DNA of 64,000 nt from Pseudomonadota bacterium (GCA_043825875.1 JBDRRF010000079.1:192001-256000), one strand, 5' to 3'. Positions 10,840 through 20,638 are shown, numbered from the stretch's first letter. Notes: a model not told the origin generated them from the letters alone. Program-made: numbers and translations.

Positions 10840-11622
10840 CTATTCAACAGCAAAAGTTAATGTTGCCACATATGATTCAACATCGCATTTGGATATATCT
10901 GAATATGGGACTTCATGGGATACCTTGATCAGCCATATTCCGGGCTGAAGAATACGAATTCGGGCTTGTCCTTTTTTATCCGCTGATGTGGCATAAGCAA
11001 AAGTATTTGGTTCCGTTGAAAAGCCAACATAGGTAGCAAAAACGTTTCCGCTGTAAGGTTTCCCATCCACTAAAACCTGAATGGGCATATAATCACCGGC
11101 ACGGAGTCTGGCAGGATTTTCAAGGGCAATAATTTCTATAGGATGACCTATAACTTTATCCGCTTTTCCTTCTTTTCCTACACTTGCTATCGCTTTCATA
11201 CACATATGAGCATAAGAACAGCGTATAACATTTTTCAATCCCGTTTTGGGTTCTCTAACTCCTCCTTGTGCAGTCTTTGTATAATAACCGGCCTTTCGGA
11301 TAGCTGCTACGATATAAGCTCCGTCAATATTAAGAGTATTGCCGGATTGCAGTTCTACTTCACTTGTGTATTCGACTGTTTGTTTTGTTTCGTTCGGGCT
11401 TATGATAGTAAGAGTTTGTACTTCATCTTTTTTAAGAAACCCGTCTATCGGATAATGATGCCCCCAACCTAAGGTAAATTTCAGGGTCGAACCTTTTTTA
11501 GGATTATAATCTGTTAAATTAACCCATGGAAAATGAGCATAAGCTGGAAAAGCTGTTAACAATAAAGCTGCGAAAAATGCACATACAATAGTAAAGCTTA
11601 TTACAATTTTTTGTTTTTTCAT
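10840..11622 (-). CDS. DUF4198 family periplasmic protein (putative Ni/Co binding)
   Basis: AYA-HFPW mature N-terminal His, GWGH, PIEIIALENP, GIWLIKV. Confidence 0.8.
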   Translation of the reverse strand: MKKQKIVISFTIVCAFFAALLLTAFPAYAHFPWVNLTDYNPKKGSTLKFTLGWGHHYPIDGFLKKDEVQTLTIISPNETKQTVEYTSEVELQSGNTLNIDGAYIVAAIRKAGYYTKTAQGGVREPKTGLKNVIRCSYAHMCMKAIASVGKEGKADKVIGHPIEIIALENPARLRAGDYMPIQVLVDGKPYSGNVFATYVGFSTEPNTFAYATSADKKGQARIRILQPGIWLIKVSHEVPYSDISKCDVESYVATLTFAVE

Positions 11623-11646
11623 TTTTATCTCCTCTTTTTTATCTGT

Positions 11647-13647
11647 TTAAAATTCAAGACTCATCTTCACGATAAAGGTGCGCCCGGCATAATAACTGTT
11701 TTCGCTGCTCTTCGTGGAATCGAAGATATCGTCTGCTTCAAAAGATATTTTGCTCCTTTTGGAAAGATATTTATATATTTTTGCTTCCACTGTAGTATAG
11801 TCGCTGATTCTCGTTGTATTATCCGAATCAGTATATTGCCGGCCCGTATAGGTAACTCCCGTCCTGGCACCCAGCCCCAAAGAGTCCCATTCATATCCGG
11901 TTCGCAGTGAAATGCTGTGTTTCGGAATATAAGTCAGCTCTTTTCCGGATTCTTTGTTTTCGGTTTTGGTATATGTATAGGAAAGGGATACATCAAATGC
12001 CCGTCCAAGATAAGCGTTTCCCATTAACTCTATTCCCTGAGTCCAGGCTTTTTCTACGTTTTCATATTTTACCAGAGGAAGTCCGTTATAAAGAGTTCCT
12101 GTATCAACGGAAACAACCATATCCTTTACATCATTACGAAAATATCCCAGATTGAAAATCAGGTTATCTTCCAGCAGTCGTTGTTCTAAACCGATAGTAT
12201 ATCCAACTGCTTTTTCAGGCTTTAGCTCGGGATTTGACTGTGCATACCAGCCTCCGTGCCTGTAAGGGGCATCATAATATAATTGCCGTATGGTGGGTGA
12301 TTTAAAGGATCGTCCAACAGAACCGCGAAGTATGGAAGACTCCATAAGACGGACCATGAAGCTGAACTTCGGATTTACTTCATCTCCGAATACGGAATGG
12401 TCATCATAACGGGCTCCGCCGATAAGTGTTACACGATCCCAAAAACTCAACTCATCCTGCAAGAAACAGCTTTTTGTACGAACGTTTTCATCTACGTTTA
12501 CTATAGACCCATCCTGATTTTCTATCATAAAATCAATTTTCTGGGCTTGATATTCTCCACCGGCAGAAAGGATATTGTTTTTTGTCATATGCCAGGTGTA
12601 TAAGAGTTCGCTCTGGTTAAAGGTAACATAACCGTCTTTATATCCGTGTTCATAACCCGGATAGCCATGCACAAAATCCCATTTATACGTATATCCTTTT
12701 ACTGATAAAATATGATCTTCAGCTACTCGCCAATCTCCTCCTATGGAAACACGATGACTTGTTTCTTCCCGGCTATCTGTTTTTTCGTAATCACTTAATT
12801 CTACCTTGGTAAACAAATTAATATCTTCTGTTATACTAGTATCAAGCTTTCCCAAAAATGAATTCCGGTCCGAAGCAAGAGGATCTACGGTAATATCATC
12901 AGCTCCTTCATAGTTATACGAAATAAGGTAGGAGGTAGAATCCGTTATACGATCACCAAAACCAAAATATGCCTGGGACATGTTTCGCTTTCCACCCACA
13001 TTTTCTTCGGAACTGCCTGCAACTTTTCGTTTGACCTTATACCATCCGTAAGACCCGCCTGCCCAGCCTGTCGGCTTATTCGGGGTTTTTTTTGTGATGA
13101 TATTGATAACACCGGCCATGGCATCACTTCCGTAAAGAGCTGACCCCGGCCCTTTGACGACTTCAATACGCTCAATCATGTTAACCGGTATCTGGTTTAA
13201 TCCAATACCATATTCGCCCATACCGCCGCTCTGGCCGCAACCCATAGCCCGCTGGCCGTCAATTAAAACAAGGCCGTAACCGCTATCAAAATCAAGCCCC
13301 CGCATGGCGGAATGCCATGTATATGTACCGAAAACATCGCTGTGGTTGGCAACACTTAAGCCTGGGACTTCCTTTAAGACATCCATGATATTCTGGGCAT
13401 TGCTTTTTTCGATTTCTGCGTTTGTTATAACAACGGTTTCTACAGGAACATCTTCTAAGGTATGAGAGGTTTTAGTTGCAGTAACAACGATTTCCTGAAG
13501 CTTCGTGATGTTTTTGCCATCATCGATTTGTATATTGTAATCATTGCCTGAATCCGTTTGAAGAGATTCGGCATAGCCTATTTGAGTATAAGCCATAAAC
13601 AACACAGATAGTAATACAACAGTAAAACGTGGTTTAATTTCTTTCAT
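11647..13647 (-). CDS. TonB-dependent receptor (putative metal/nickel uptake)
   Basis: IVVTATKT box, IERIEVVKGPGSALYGSDAMAGVINIIT, terminal F. Confidence 0.92.
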   Translation of the reverse strand: MKEIKPRFTVVLLSVLFMAYTQIGYAESLQTDSGNDYNIQIDDGKNITKLQEIVVTATKTSHTLEDVPVETVVITNAEIEKSNAQNIMDVLKEVPGLSVANHSDVFGTYTWHSAMRGLDFDSGYGLVLIDGQRAMGCGQSGGMGEYGIGLNQIPVNMIERIEVVKGPGSALYGSDAMAGVINIITKKTPNKPTGWAGGSYGWYKVKRKVAGSSEENVGGKRNMSQAYFGFGDRITDSTSYLISYNYEGADDITVDPLASDRNSFLGKLDTSITEDINLFTKVELSDYEKTDSREETSHRVSIGGDWRVAEDHILSVKGYTYKWDFVHGYPGYEHGYKDGYVTFNQSELLYTWHMTKNNILSAGGEYQAQKIDFMIENQDGSIVNVDENVRTKSCFLQDELSFWDRVTLIGGARYDDHSVFGDEVNPKFSFMVRLMESSILRGSVGRSFKSPTIRQLYYDAPYRHGGWYAQSNPELKPEKAVGYTIGLEQRLLEDNLIFNLGYFRNDVKDMVVSVDTGTLYNGLPLVKYENVEKAWTQGIELMGNAYLGRAFDVSLSYTYTKTENKESGKELTYIPKHSISLRTGYEWDSLGLGARTGVTYTGRQYTDSDNTTRISDYTTVEAKIYKYLSKRSKISFEADDIFDSTKSSENSYYAGRTFIVKMSLEF

Positions 13648-13768
13648 CTTTATATCCCTTGTTTATATTAATCTTAGAGCCTCCATGTTAAGGAACATTT
13701 GACTGCCGGGATATTCAATGATAAAAACAAACCCGAACTCCGGATATTCCTTCTGGAGATTCACATCT

Positions 13769-13814
13769 AAAGGCAGCCGGTTTATCCTTTGCCGGGGAAA
13801 CGGCTGCCTTTTTT
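13769..13814. other. GC-rich hairpin in the receptor leader (terminator- or attenuator-like)
   Basis: AAAGGCAGCCG ... CGGCTGCCTTT inverted repeat. Confidence 0.55.
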
Positions 13815-13860
13815 ATTTTAAGTAAATTACTTGTTCTTATATTTCAATTCCTTATAAAAA

Positions 13861-13919
13861 ATAAAAAAGCCACGAAGTCAGGGGCAATGCCTGCCCTTAA
13901 GCCTTCGTGGCTTTTTTAT
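13861..13919 (-). promoter_or_regulatory. Structured leader/terminator hairpin motif, copy A
   Basis: Minus strand AAAAAAGCCACGAAGGC-TTAA-GGGCA...TGCCC-CTGA-CTTCGTGGCTTTTTT. Confidence 0.6.
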
Positions 13920-13977
13920 TACGAAACCTAATTTGGTTTTAACTATAAATCTTTTATGTTAAATTCTACCGATATTT

Positions 13978-14175
13978 TCAGTCAACTTGTTCTTCAAGCA
14001 AAATTTTATGTTCCACAAGCTTCATTCCTTTAATCTTGCCCCTCACCATTGTTTGATCGCCGAAAATACCTACCAACCGCCATGTCTTGTCGTCTTCCGG
14101 TTCAATAATATCTACTGATTCCATTAGAAGCTGCTCTTGACCATCTTTAACCAGATATGCATTAGCCTCACACAT
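13978..14175 (-). CDS. cooT: CooT family nickel-binding protein
   Basis: 65 aa, N-terminal MCEANAY (Cys2), GIFGD, LVEHKILL. Confidence 0.85.
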   Translation of the reverse strand: MCEANAYLVKDGQEQLLMESVDIIEPEDDKTWRLVGIFGDQTMVRGKIKGMKLVEHKILLEEQVD

Positions 14176-14602
14176 CTTTTATCACCTCCTTGATTTTCTC
14201 CACCGCCACCTGCACAAGATGCGGCAGTGGTTCCATAGATATTCCGATAATATTTATGTTTTCCTGTGAAATAGGCAGTAATATTTTTACAGCCTTGCTT
14301 GATGTAACTGCCTCTGCTATTTTAGGCGTTACTTCGCCCAGCATGGCATTTGCCCATGTGATACCAACAGATCCTACTATACAATCGGCATCAATTAACA
14401 TCCGGCAAATAGCATTTTCTCCGCTTGCCCCCTTATTTGCACCAGCTTTGAGCATTTGTGCCGTTGCAATTGCGTTTGTTCCCAAAGCTATCAACTCCAC
14501 ATTTTCAGCAAATGCATGCTTAAGGTATTTTATCAGAGTAGCTCCTATACCACCCCCCTGTCCGTCGACAATACATATCAGTTCAGACATACACGGACTC
14601 AC
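14168..14602 (-). CDS. DUF3842 family protein (start probably ATG 14590)
   Basis: IVDGQGGGIG, ALGTNAIATAQMLKAGANKGASGENAI, MLGEVTP. Confidence 0.85.
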   Translation of the reverse strand: MSPCMSELICIVDGQGGGIGATLIKYLKHAFAENVELIALGTNAIATAQMLKAGANKGASGENAICRMLIDADCIVGSVGITWANAMLGEVTPKIAEAVTSSKAVKILLPISQENINIIGISMEPLPHLVQVAVEKIKEVIKDV

Positions 14603-14673
14603 TAAACTCTATTGAAATTTTTAAGAAAAGAAATCGTATTTCTTTCACAAACAACCTCCTGAAAGTAATATAG

Positions 14674-14727
14674 CGTTTGTCAAAATAATGTTTTGGTTCA
14701 ATATGTAATTATTTGGAACATTTGCTA
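14674..14727 (+). repeat. 54-bp direct repeat, copy 1
   Basis: 48/54 identical to 21820-21873 by manual alignment. Confidence 0.8.
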
Positions 14728-14730
14728 CAA

Positions 14731-14790
14731 ATAAAAAAAGCCATGAACACCGGGTAGTTATTAACCCAAGCCTTCATGGCATTATTTATT
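14731..14790 (-). promoter_or_regulatory. Structured leader/terminator hairpin motif, copy B
   Basis: Minus strand GCCATGAAGGC-TT-GGGT...ACCC-GGTG-TTCATGGCTTTTTTT. Confidence 0.6.
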
Positions 14791-14812
14791 AATGGAAATG
14801 GTTAGATATACT

Positions 14813-14954
14813 GAACCACTTTCAAAACGTTTCAGTTTGGTCAAGCTCAAGGCGGGAGAAAATTTCAACCACAGTAATACATAGTGTATTTCGAGGATTG
14901 AAATTTGAGCCCAACGCAGAGATCGGCCAAAATGGGGCGTTTTGGAACTGGCTC
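14813..14954 (+). repeat. 142-bp MITE-like element, copy 3
   Basis: Same element; flanked by ATACT on both sides. Confidence 0.9.
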
Positions 14955-15182
14955 ATACTGTTTATTATAGCATCTTCATGATGCCAATCGATAGTTTGTA
15001 TGTACTTATGCCGTTTAAAAGATAAAAGTCAAGGGAAAAATTTTAATGCCATATAGCATTGATCATGATTCTTTTCTCTTTGTGCATGAACGCAAATACG
15101 CATAAAATAAAATTTATATAAAATCTTCAGCAATTCTTTCAAATGAATAATAAAGGCCGTGCAAACAAATATAACTATTACT

Positions 15183-15995
15183 TCACTTTGTTTCTATCAA
15201 GGCTTTATCAAACAAACTGTCCCGGGCATTTAAGGCTTCCCCAAGAGCGGCATTAATTTGTGGTTCTTTAGGTATAAATAGCAAACAGTCAAGTTTCTCC
15301 TTTAAACTCTTCACCAAACCAATGTTTAGAGCACCTCCACCAGTAAGTACACAATCGCCTTCCGGCCTGATTCTTAATACCAGGTTTGCTACTTTGTTAG
15401 CAATGGAAGCATGAGCACCGGCCACAATGTCTTCCTTTTTCTGCTGCTCCGCCACACGGGAAATCACCTCGGATTCTACAAATACTGCACAACTCGTGGT
15501 AAATTTCACTTCTTTCTCGGCTTTAAGTGAAATCGAGCCAAGATCATCAAGTGTTACACCTAAGACGCGGGCAAGTACTTGTAAGAAACGGCCGTTTCCG
15601 GCGGCGCATTTCTCATTTGCAATAAATTCCTTCATGCGGCCTTCTTCATCAAGCTTTATAACCTTTGTGGATTGGCTGCCGATATCAATAACTGCTTGTG
15701 CAGACGGAAAAAGATATCTCGCCCCACGCACCTGGCAGGACATATCGGAAATTTGCCGGCTTGCAAAAGAAACGTTTCCAGCCCCATAACCTGTGGCCAC
15801 AATTTCAGCAATATCTGTCATGACAAGCCCGACTTTTTCCAGTGCAGCTTGCATTATCTTTTCAGCCGTTTCTTTATAACATTTTCCGGAAGGCATTGCC
15901 CGGCTAAAGACTATATTATCTTTGTTTAAGATCACCACTTTAATAAAAGCAGTACCCATATCAATTCCGGCCAAGTAAGTTTTTTTTTCTGACAT
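15183..15995 (-). CDS. ASKHA-type ATP-dependent activator subunit (HgdC/BcrAD/BzdPQ family)
   Basis: GIDMGT, DIGSQSTK, KCAAGNGRFL, SCAVFVESE, LTGGGA. Confidence 0.9.
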   Translation of the reverse strand: MSEKKTYLAGIDMGTAFIKVVILNKDNIVFSRAMPSGKCYKETAEKIMQAALEKVGLVMTDIAEIVATGYGAGNVSFASRQISDMSCQVRGARYLFPSAQAVIDIGSQSTKVIKLDEEGRMKEFIANEKCAAGNGRFLQVLARVLGVTLDDLGSISLKAEKEVKFTTSCAVFVESEVISRVAEQQKKEDIVAGAHASIANKVANLVLRIRPEGDCVLTGGGALNIGLVKSLKEKLDCLLFIPKEPQINAALGEALNARDSLFDKALIETK

Positions 15996-16013
15996 TTTAT
16001 TCTCTAAACGTTC

Positions 16014-16868
16014 CTATTCGTAAAAGGTCGCTTTTCCCAGTTGATTTGCCCTGTGCCTTATAGACCCTCCCTTCTCAAGCGACTTTATAGCAAGATCTCT
16101 GCCCAAAAGAGCAGCCCCGATCGCTCCTGTAAGAAGCGGCTCCTCCGGTACAAGCGCCGGAAAACCCAACTTCTCTTCAAATGCCTTAAGAAGGCCTGCA
16201 CTTTTAGCACCGCCACCTGTTATAACAACATCTTTTTCAACTACTAGCCTTTCGGCCAGTTTGAAAACCTGCCTTGATATAGCTGCAAAAATTCCTGCCA
16301 TGATATCCTCCAGTGCCGCCCCATCAGCTAAGCTGGAAATTATCTCCTGCTCGGCAAAAATAGTGCAGATATTGCTTATTTCTTCTTTCTTTAAAGCCTT
16401 AAGCGCCAGTTGGGACATTTCTTCAAGTGATATCTCCAAAGCTTCTGCAATAACCTCAAGAAAACGACCAGTACCGGCAGCACACTGGTCATTCATGGCA
16501 AAATTTGCGACTTTGCCATCTTTAAGCTTGATCGCCTTACTGTCCTGGCCACCAATCTCTATGATGGTTCGAACGGTGGGAAAAAGGCTGTACACACCAC
16601 GGGCATGGCAGGTAATTTCCGTTATCTGTTTGTCGGCAAAAGGAACATTGATTCGACCATAGCCGGTTGCCAGCACATAGCTAACATCTTTAAATGAGAT
16701 CCCTGCTTGCTCCAGGGCCTGCTCCATTACTTTATTTGATAGCCTTCGATGTTCAGCGCCTGTGGGACCTATCACCGACGTTATTATTCCTGTGTTCATA
16801 AGCACCACCTTGGTCATAGTGGAGCCAATATCTACACCCGCAGAAATTAAATCCATACTTTTATCCAA
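16014..16868 (-). CDS. ASKHA-type ATP-dependent activator subunit (HgdC/BcrAD/BzdPQ family)
   Basis: GVDIGSTMTK, TGYGR, EITCHARG, CAAGTGRFLE, CTIFAE. Confidence 0.92.
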   Translation of the reverse strand: MDKSMDLISAGVDIGSTMTKVVLMNTGIITSVIGPTGAEHRRLSNKVMEQALEQAGISFKDVSYVLATGYGRINVPFADKQITEITCHARGVYSLFPTVRTIIEIGGQDSKAIKLKDGKVANFAMNDQCAAGTGRFLEVIAEALEISLEEMSQLALKALKKEEISNICTIFAEQEIISSLADGAALEDIMAGIFAAISRQVFKLAERLVVEKDVVITGGGAKSAGLLKAFEEKLGFPALVPEEPLLTGAIGAALLGRDLAIKSLEKGGSIRHRANQLGKATFYE

Positions 16869-17031
16869 AGAATATTCCCCTGCTCTTCCCTGTATTTAAT
16901 TTATCAAGTTTGTGAATAAAAGGCTGAATTTCGAATTATAAACTTTTTTAGTTCTTTGAAACCTTACTCGATATCATACCTTATCTCTACATTCGATATT
17001 CATTATTCTTTATTCGATATTCAATAATGTT

Positions 17032-18318
17032 TTACCACCTGGTTTGACCTCGCTGTGTCAATATCTCCATAAAGCCATCCATTTTACTGTTGAAATCAGC
17101 CGAAGAATAAAATCGTCCGTCGCATGGATCGCCCTCTACTTCCACTGCCGGTAGCCCTGTCTTTTCAACCAATGCTTCCATGAGATCACCACTGCCAAGC
17201 ATTTGCACCTGGCATGTTCTATGCTTTTGCAATATTAATCCGTCAAGAGAAAAACCTTGAATCTGCTTCAAAAGATCCTCGACTCTTGTCGATACACCCA
17301 GATTACTCTTGTGAAAGTAGATGGTTTCAACCATGCTTTCTATGGGCTTTTTTGGATCTATTCTGTCATAGCCGAAATAGTAAGGAAACATGCCTACTAC
17401 GGGAACTGCGCCATATTGGATAAATTTCTTCGAGATTTCGGGATTTTTGTGTGGAATTGAAGCAATATCCCAGTATAGCCGGTATTTCTCATCGGTTACC
17501 AAAGAGCCAATATTATTTGCAACTCTTTCCTCCAATTCTTTTTTCATTTCCTCGTAGTATGTCACCGCCTGGGGTGAACACCGATACATATAAAAAGGAA
17601 ATACATTATCAAAAGCATCCATGGTAGTCATTGGAGACGGTGTATGTTTGCAAAGCCCAAGGCAATCATGCCAGAGCCCGGCTACTTTTGATTCTATTGC
17701 CATACACTCGGAAAGCTTATCGTAACTGAATTTATTTCCCGTAAGTTTCTCCAATATTGGGATTATATCCTTAACTTCTTGGGTACCTTCCTTTACCAGA
17801 CCTTCTATTTGCTCCTTACTGAGACTGTCATGAATGCGGGGCCTTTCCATTACGATAAGAGGAACATTATAAATCTCGGAATATCTCTTAAACTTCTTGT
17901 AAAGGCCGGGGCAGTAAGTTACGCATATCAAAACATCCGGCTTAGGCAATCCTCCAAAAGGAAGCTTTTCTTTTTCCTCTTCCTCTGTTCCGTCTATGGC
18001 CCCGATAAAATTTCTTATTACGGAACAAAGGTCGGAAGAATAACCGAGTGCATCTGCCCTCTGGCACAGCTCCGTGCTGACACCTTCTACAGCACATATA
18101 GCTCCATAACCTTCCGGGAAAACTGTTGTGATACCCATTGATGTAAGCAACTCGAAAGGACTCAAAGTAGTGCACCAGGCAACTAACTTGCCCGCTTCGC
18201 GGCTCTGCTTTACTTCCTGCCAGTAATTTAATACAAATCCTATTGATTTTTCTGTCATTTTCAAAGGTTGAACTGATGTTTCCATAAAATAATCCTTCCC
18301 TAATATTGGTAAGGTCAA
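17032..18318 (-). CDS. 2-hydroxyacyl-CoA dehydratase / class I aryl-CoA reductase subunit (HgdA/BcrB/BzdO-like); start probably 18285
   Basis: GYSSDLCS, GGLPKPD..C, RTC, EGDPCDGR; three candidate FeS cysteines. Confidence 0.88.
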   Translation of the reverse strand: MTLPILGKDYFMETSVQPLKMTEKSIGFVLNYWQEVKQSREAGKLVAWCTTLSPFELLTSMGITTVFPEGYGAICAVEGVSTELCQRADALGYSSDLCSVIRNFIGAIDGTEEEEKEKLPFGGLPKPDVLICVTYCPGLYKKFKRYSEIYNVPLIVMERPRIHDSLSKEQIEGLVKEGTQEVKDIIPILEKLTGNKFSYDKLSECMAIESKVAGLWHDCLGLCKHTPSPMTTMDAFDNVFPFYMYRCSPQAVTYYEEMKKELEERVANNIGSLVTDEKYRLYWDIASIPHKNPEISKKFIQYGAVPVVGMFPYYFGYDRIDPKKPIESMVETIYFHKSNLGVSTRVEDLLKQIQGFSLDGLILQKHRTCQVQMLGSGDLMEALVEKTGLPAVEVEGDPCDGRFYSSADFNSKMDGFMEILTQRGQTRW

Positions 18319-18354
18319 AGCTGGCTTTCGTTCATTATTATTTCATAAACGGAA

Positions 18355-19479
18355 CTATTCCATTATTTCCAAAAATGCCTGGAGTCTGTTACGTACCTGC
18401 CCTGAAGCGCCTGAATGATGCATTTCCAGAATCAAAATCGGCATGCCTTCCTTAGTCAACCTTCTTGTTAGTGTCGGAATATCAAATAATTGTGCTTCGC
18501 AATACTTAAGCACCAGTACTACTATGCCATCAGCCTTTGTCTCCTTAACAAATTTTGAAATATAATCAACCCAGTCATTGCCCGGGTAAAGTTTAGTAGG
18601 ACAGGGAACATCCTCCTTATAATGCTTAACTATTGCATCCATAGGATTTATTGTTTCATCAACCAGGGTATAAAAATATCTCCGGCCTACGTAAAGATCA
18701 TCATCGACTATTTGTGCCCCCAACTCCTCAATTATATCGAGTATCTCCAGTTCGGGCATATCGCAAAGACTTCCGCTAACTACCAGTCGGATCTTTTTGC
18801 TTTTTACTTTCGGTTGTTTTTTAGCTTCTTCAATAAATTGTAACAAAAGCTCGTTGTGGTCCTCTTTTGGCATCAACATTGCCGCTGCTATTACTGTCGC
18901 AAGGTCACGAGCCATAAAGAGCCCTGGATTATCGGTTCTTATATTATAGAGTTCTTGCAGCAATTTTTTGTTTTTATTATATATGGCTATGCTTTTTTTA
19001 AGATCGCTGTCGGTTGTTTTCCGCCCACTCAATTCTTCTACTCCTTTTTTTAAGTCATTAAATTGAGACAAAAGGCGACCATCGGCGTATGACATTGCCA
19101 AATTTTTTGGAAGTATAAGCTGCTTATAAAAGGAATCGGGACTGTGCCGTATCCATATATCGGAGATTAATTGCTCGGTTAGACAGTAGTCGGAAAAGAT
19201 TACTCCATCGAGATAATCCATTTTTCCTTTCACGCTAAGATCGAAGTTGCCACGCACAAGATCGCAAACATATGGATGGCAATATTTATCTCCCAATGTA
19301 ATTCGCTCATTACTACCTAAAAGCTGAATGGGCAATATCCCAGCGGCATGGATGATCTCCTCCGGGATATACATGGGAAAACATCCCAGAATTTTTTTAC
19401 CTGTTTCTTTCTTCCACCTTGTAAGCCAACTATGGGGATCTTTTACTATCGGAGTAAACTTTTTCAAAAGTTCTTCCAT
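18355..19479 (-). CDS. 2-hydroxyacyl-CoA dehydratase / class I aryl-CoA reductase subunit (HgdB/BcrC/BzdN-like)
   Basis: PEEIIHAAGILP, YVCD, DYC, KYCE, RLQAFLE. Confidence 0.88.
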   Translation of the reverse strand: MEELLKKFTPIVKDPHSWLTRWKKETGKKILGCFPMYIPEEIIHAAGILPIQLLGSNERITLGDKYCHPYVCDLVRGNFDLSVKGKMDYLDGVIFSDYCLTEQLISDIWIRHSPDSFYKQLILPKNLAMSYADGRLLSQFNDLKKGVEELSGRKTTDSDLKKSIAIYNKNKKLLQELYNIRTDNPGLFMARDLATVIAAAMLMPKEDHNELLLQFIEEAKKQPKVKSKKIRLVVSGSLCDMPELEILDIIEELGAQIVDDDLYVGRRYFYTLVDETINPMDAIVKHYKEDVPCPTKLYPGNDWVDYISKFVKETKADGIVVLVLKYCEAQLFDIPTLTRRLTKEGMPILILEMHHSGASGQVRNRLQAFLEIME

Positions 19480-19504
19480 CTGATTTTTTCTCCTTTTTTA
19501 GTAT

Positions 19505-20485
19505 CTAAGCAAGAAAATACCTGAGCAATTCATCCCTTAGCGGAACATCCTTTGCAGCTTCCACAATTCGTTTGAGTCCATCACGAATTGTGACTTTTGT
19601 CGGACCGATAAGTTTGTGCATCTTTGTCAAATCACCTACAACCGGGCTGACTGGGCTCGGTATATCCGAAAATTTAGGTTCGATATCTGTCAGTTCCTTA
19701 AATATTTTGCACCAGTCTTCAAGTGAGGCCTGTTCACCGCCCCAGTTAACAATTGTTGCAGGAACACTCGCAACATCCAACATTCTGGGGATTGTACTTA
19801 AAATATCATCATTGTGGATCGGATTATACATATTAGGTCTGTCAGGATGCAAATAAATGGAAAGGCCGCGCTGCATACCCAAATAGATCGCCGCAGGCCA
19901 GCTGTCAATCACACCATAAGGAACATTAAGCCGCGCAATGGTTGTCGGGATCTTGTTCACCCTTGCAGCAGCACGGACAACAGCCTCAGCCATAATTTTG
20001 GTATATGGATAGGTAGGTATCATGTTACCGTGATTGATACCGCCAATAGCATCGGTTTCTACAAACTTATGTTTGGGGCCTTGATATTTATAGACTCCCA
20101 TAGTGGAACAATGAAAAAACCCCTTCAGACTTGATAAGCGTGCCATTAACAAAGCAACAAACTCGGCGTTTGAGGCAATATCACGATCCCAGTCATCATG
20201 TCCACCTCTTGTTACTGCGAAGTTTAAGACATAATCAAAGTCATCGGGAAGATCGGAAAAATCGCTTGTTGCAAAATCAGCAGTAACACATGTAATTCCT
20301 TCCTTTTCGAGAAACTTGCGCGCATCCTCATTTGTAAAACGGGCAATTCCCCAGACATCGTTGTTCTGAACAAGTGCTAATGCTACCGGCATCCCAACCT
20401 GGCTGGTAGGGCCGGTTATAAGAATTTTTTTCTTCTTGATAGGGAGGGTGTCAACAATCTTTTGATTTACTTTTTCATGAATCAT
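19505..20485 (-). CDS. NAD-dependent epimerase/dehydratase (extended SDR)
   Basis: ILITGPTSQVG Rossmann motif, CSTMGVY, YPYTK (YxxxK), RLNVPYG. Confidence 0.85.
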   Translation of the reverse strand: MIHEKVNQKIVDTLPIKKKKILITGPTSQVGMPVALALVQNNDVWGIARFTNEDARKFLEKEGITCVTADFATSDFSDLPDDFDYVLNFAVTRGGHDDWDRDIASNAEFVALLMARLSSLKGFFHCSTMGVYKYQGPKHKFVETDAIGGINHGNMIPTYPYTKIMAEAVVRAAARVNKIPTTIARLNVPYGVIDSWPAAIYLGMQRGLSIYLHPDRPNMYNPIHNDDILSTIPRMLDVASVPATIVNWGGEQASLEDWCKIFKELTDIEPKFSDIPSPVSPVVGDLTKMHKLIGPTKVTIRDGLKRIVEAAKDVPLRDELLRYFLA

Positions 20486-20638
20486 TTTTCAATCTCCTTT
20501 TTGTTTAGAAGGGTTCGCAAAAGAAATGTTGGCGGGGTATAAAACCCAGCTTTACTTTCATTCTCGTAGGACGTCATTTTATATGCCGCAACCAGTGCAG
20601 ATCAACGGCTTTGCATAAGTACCATTTCATCGGCATAA

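Noticed and set aside
13650..13860. Cobalamin riboswitch upstream of the TonB receptor
   Set aside because: No B12-box or conserved GGGAA/GCCACTG-type core was recognisable.
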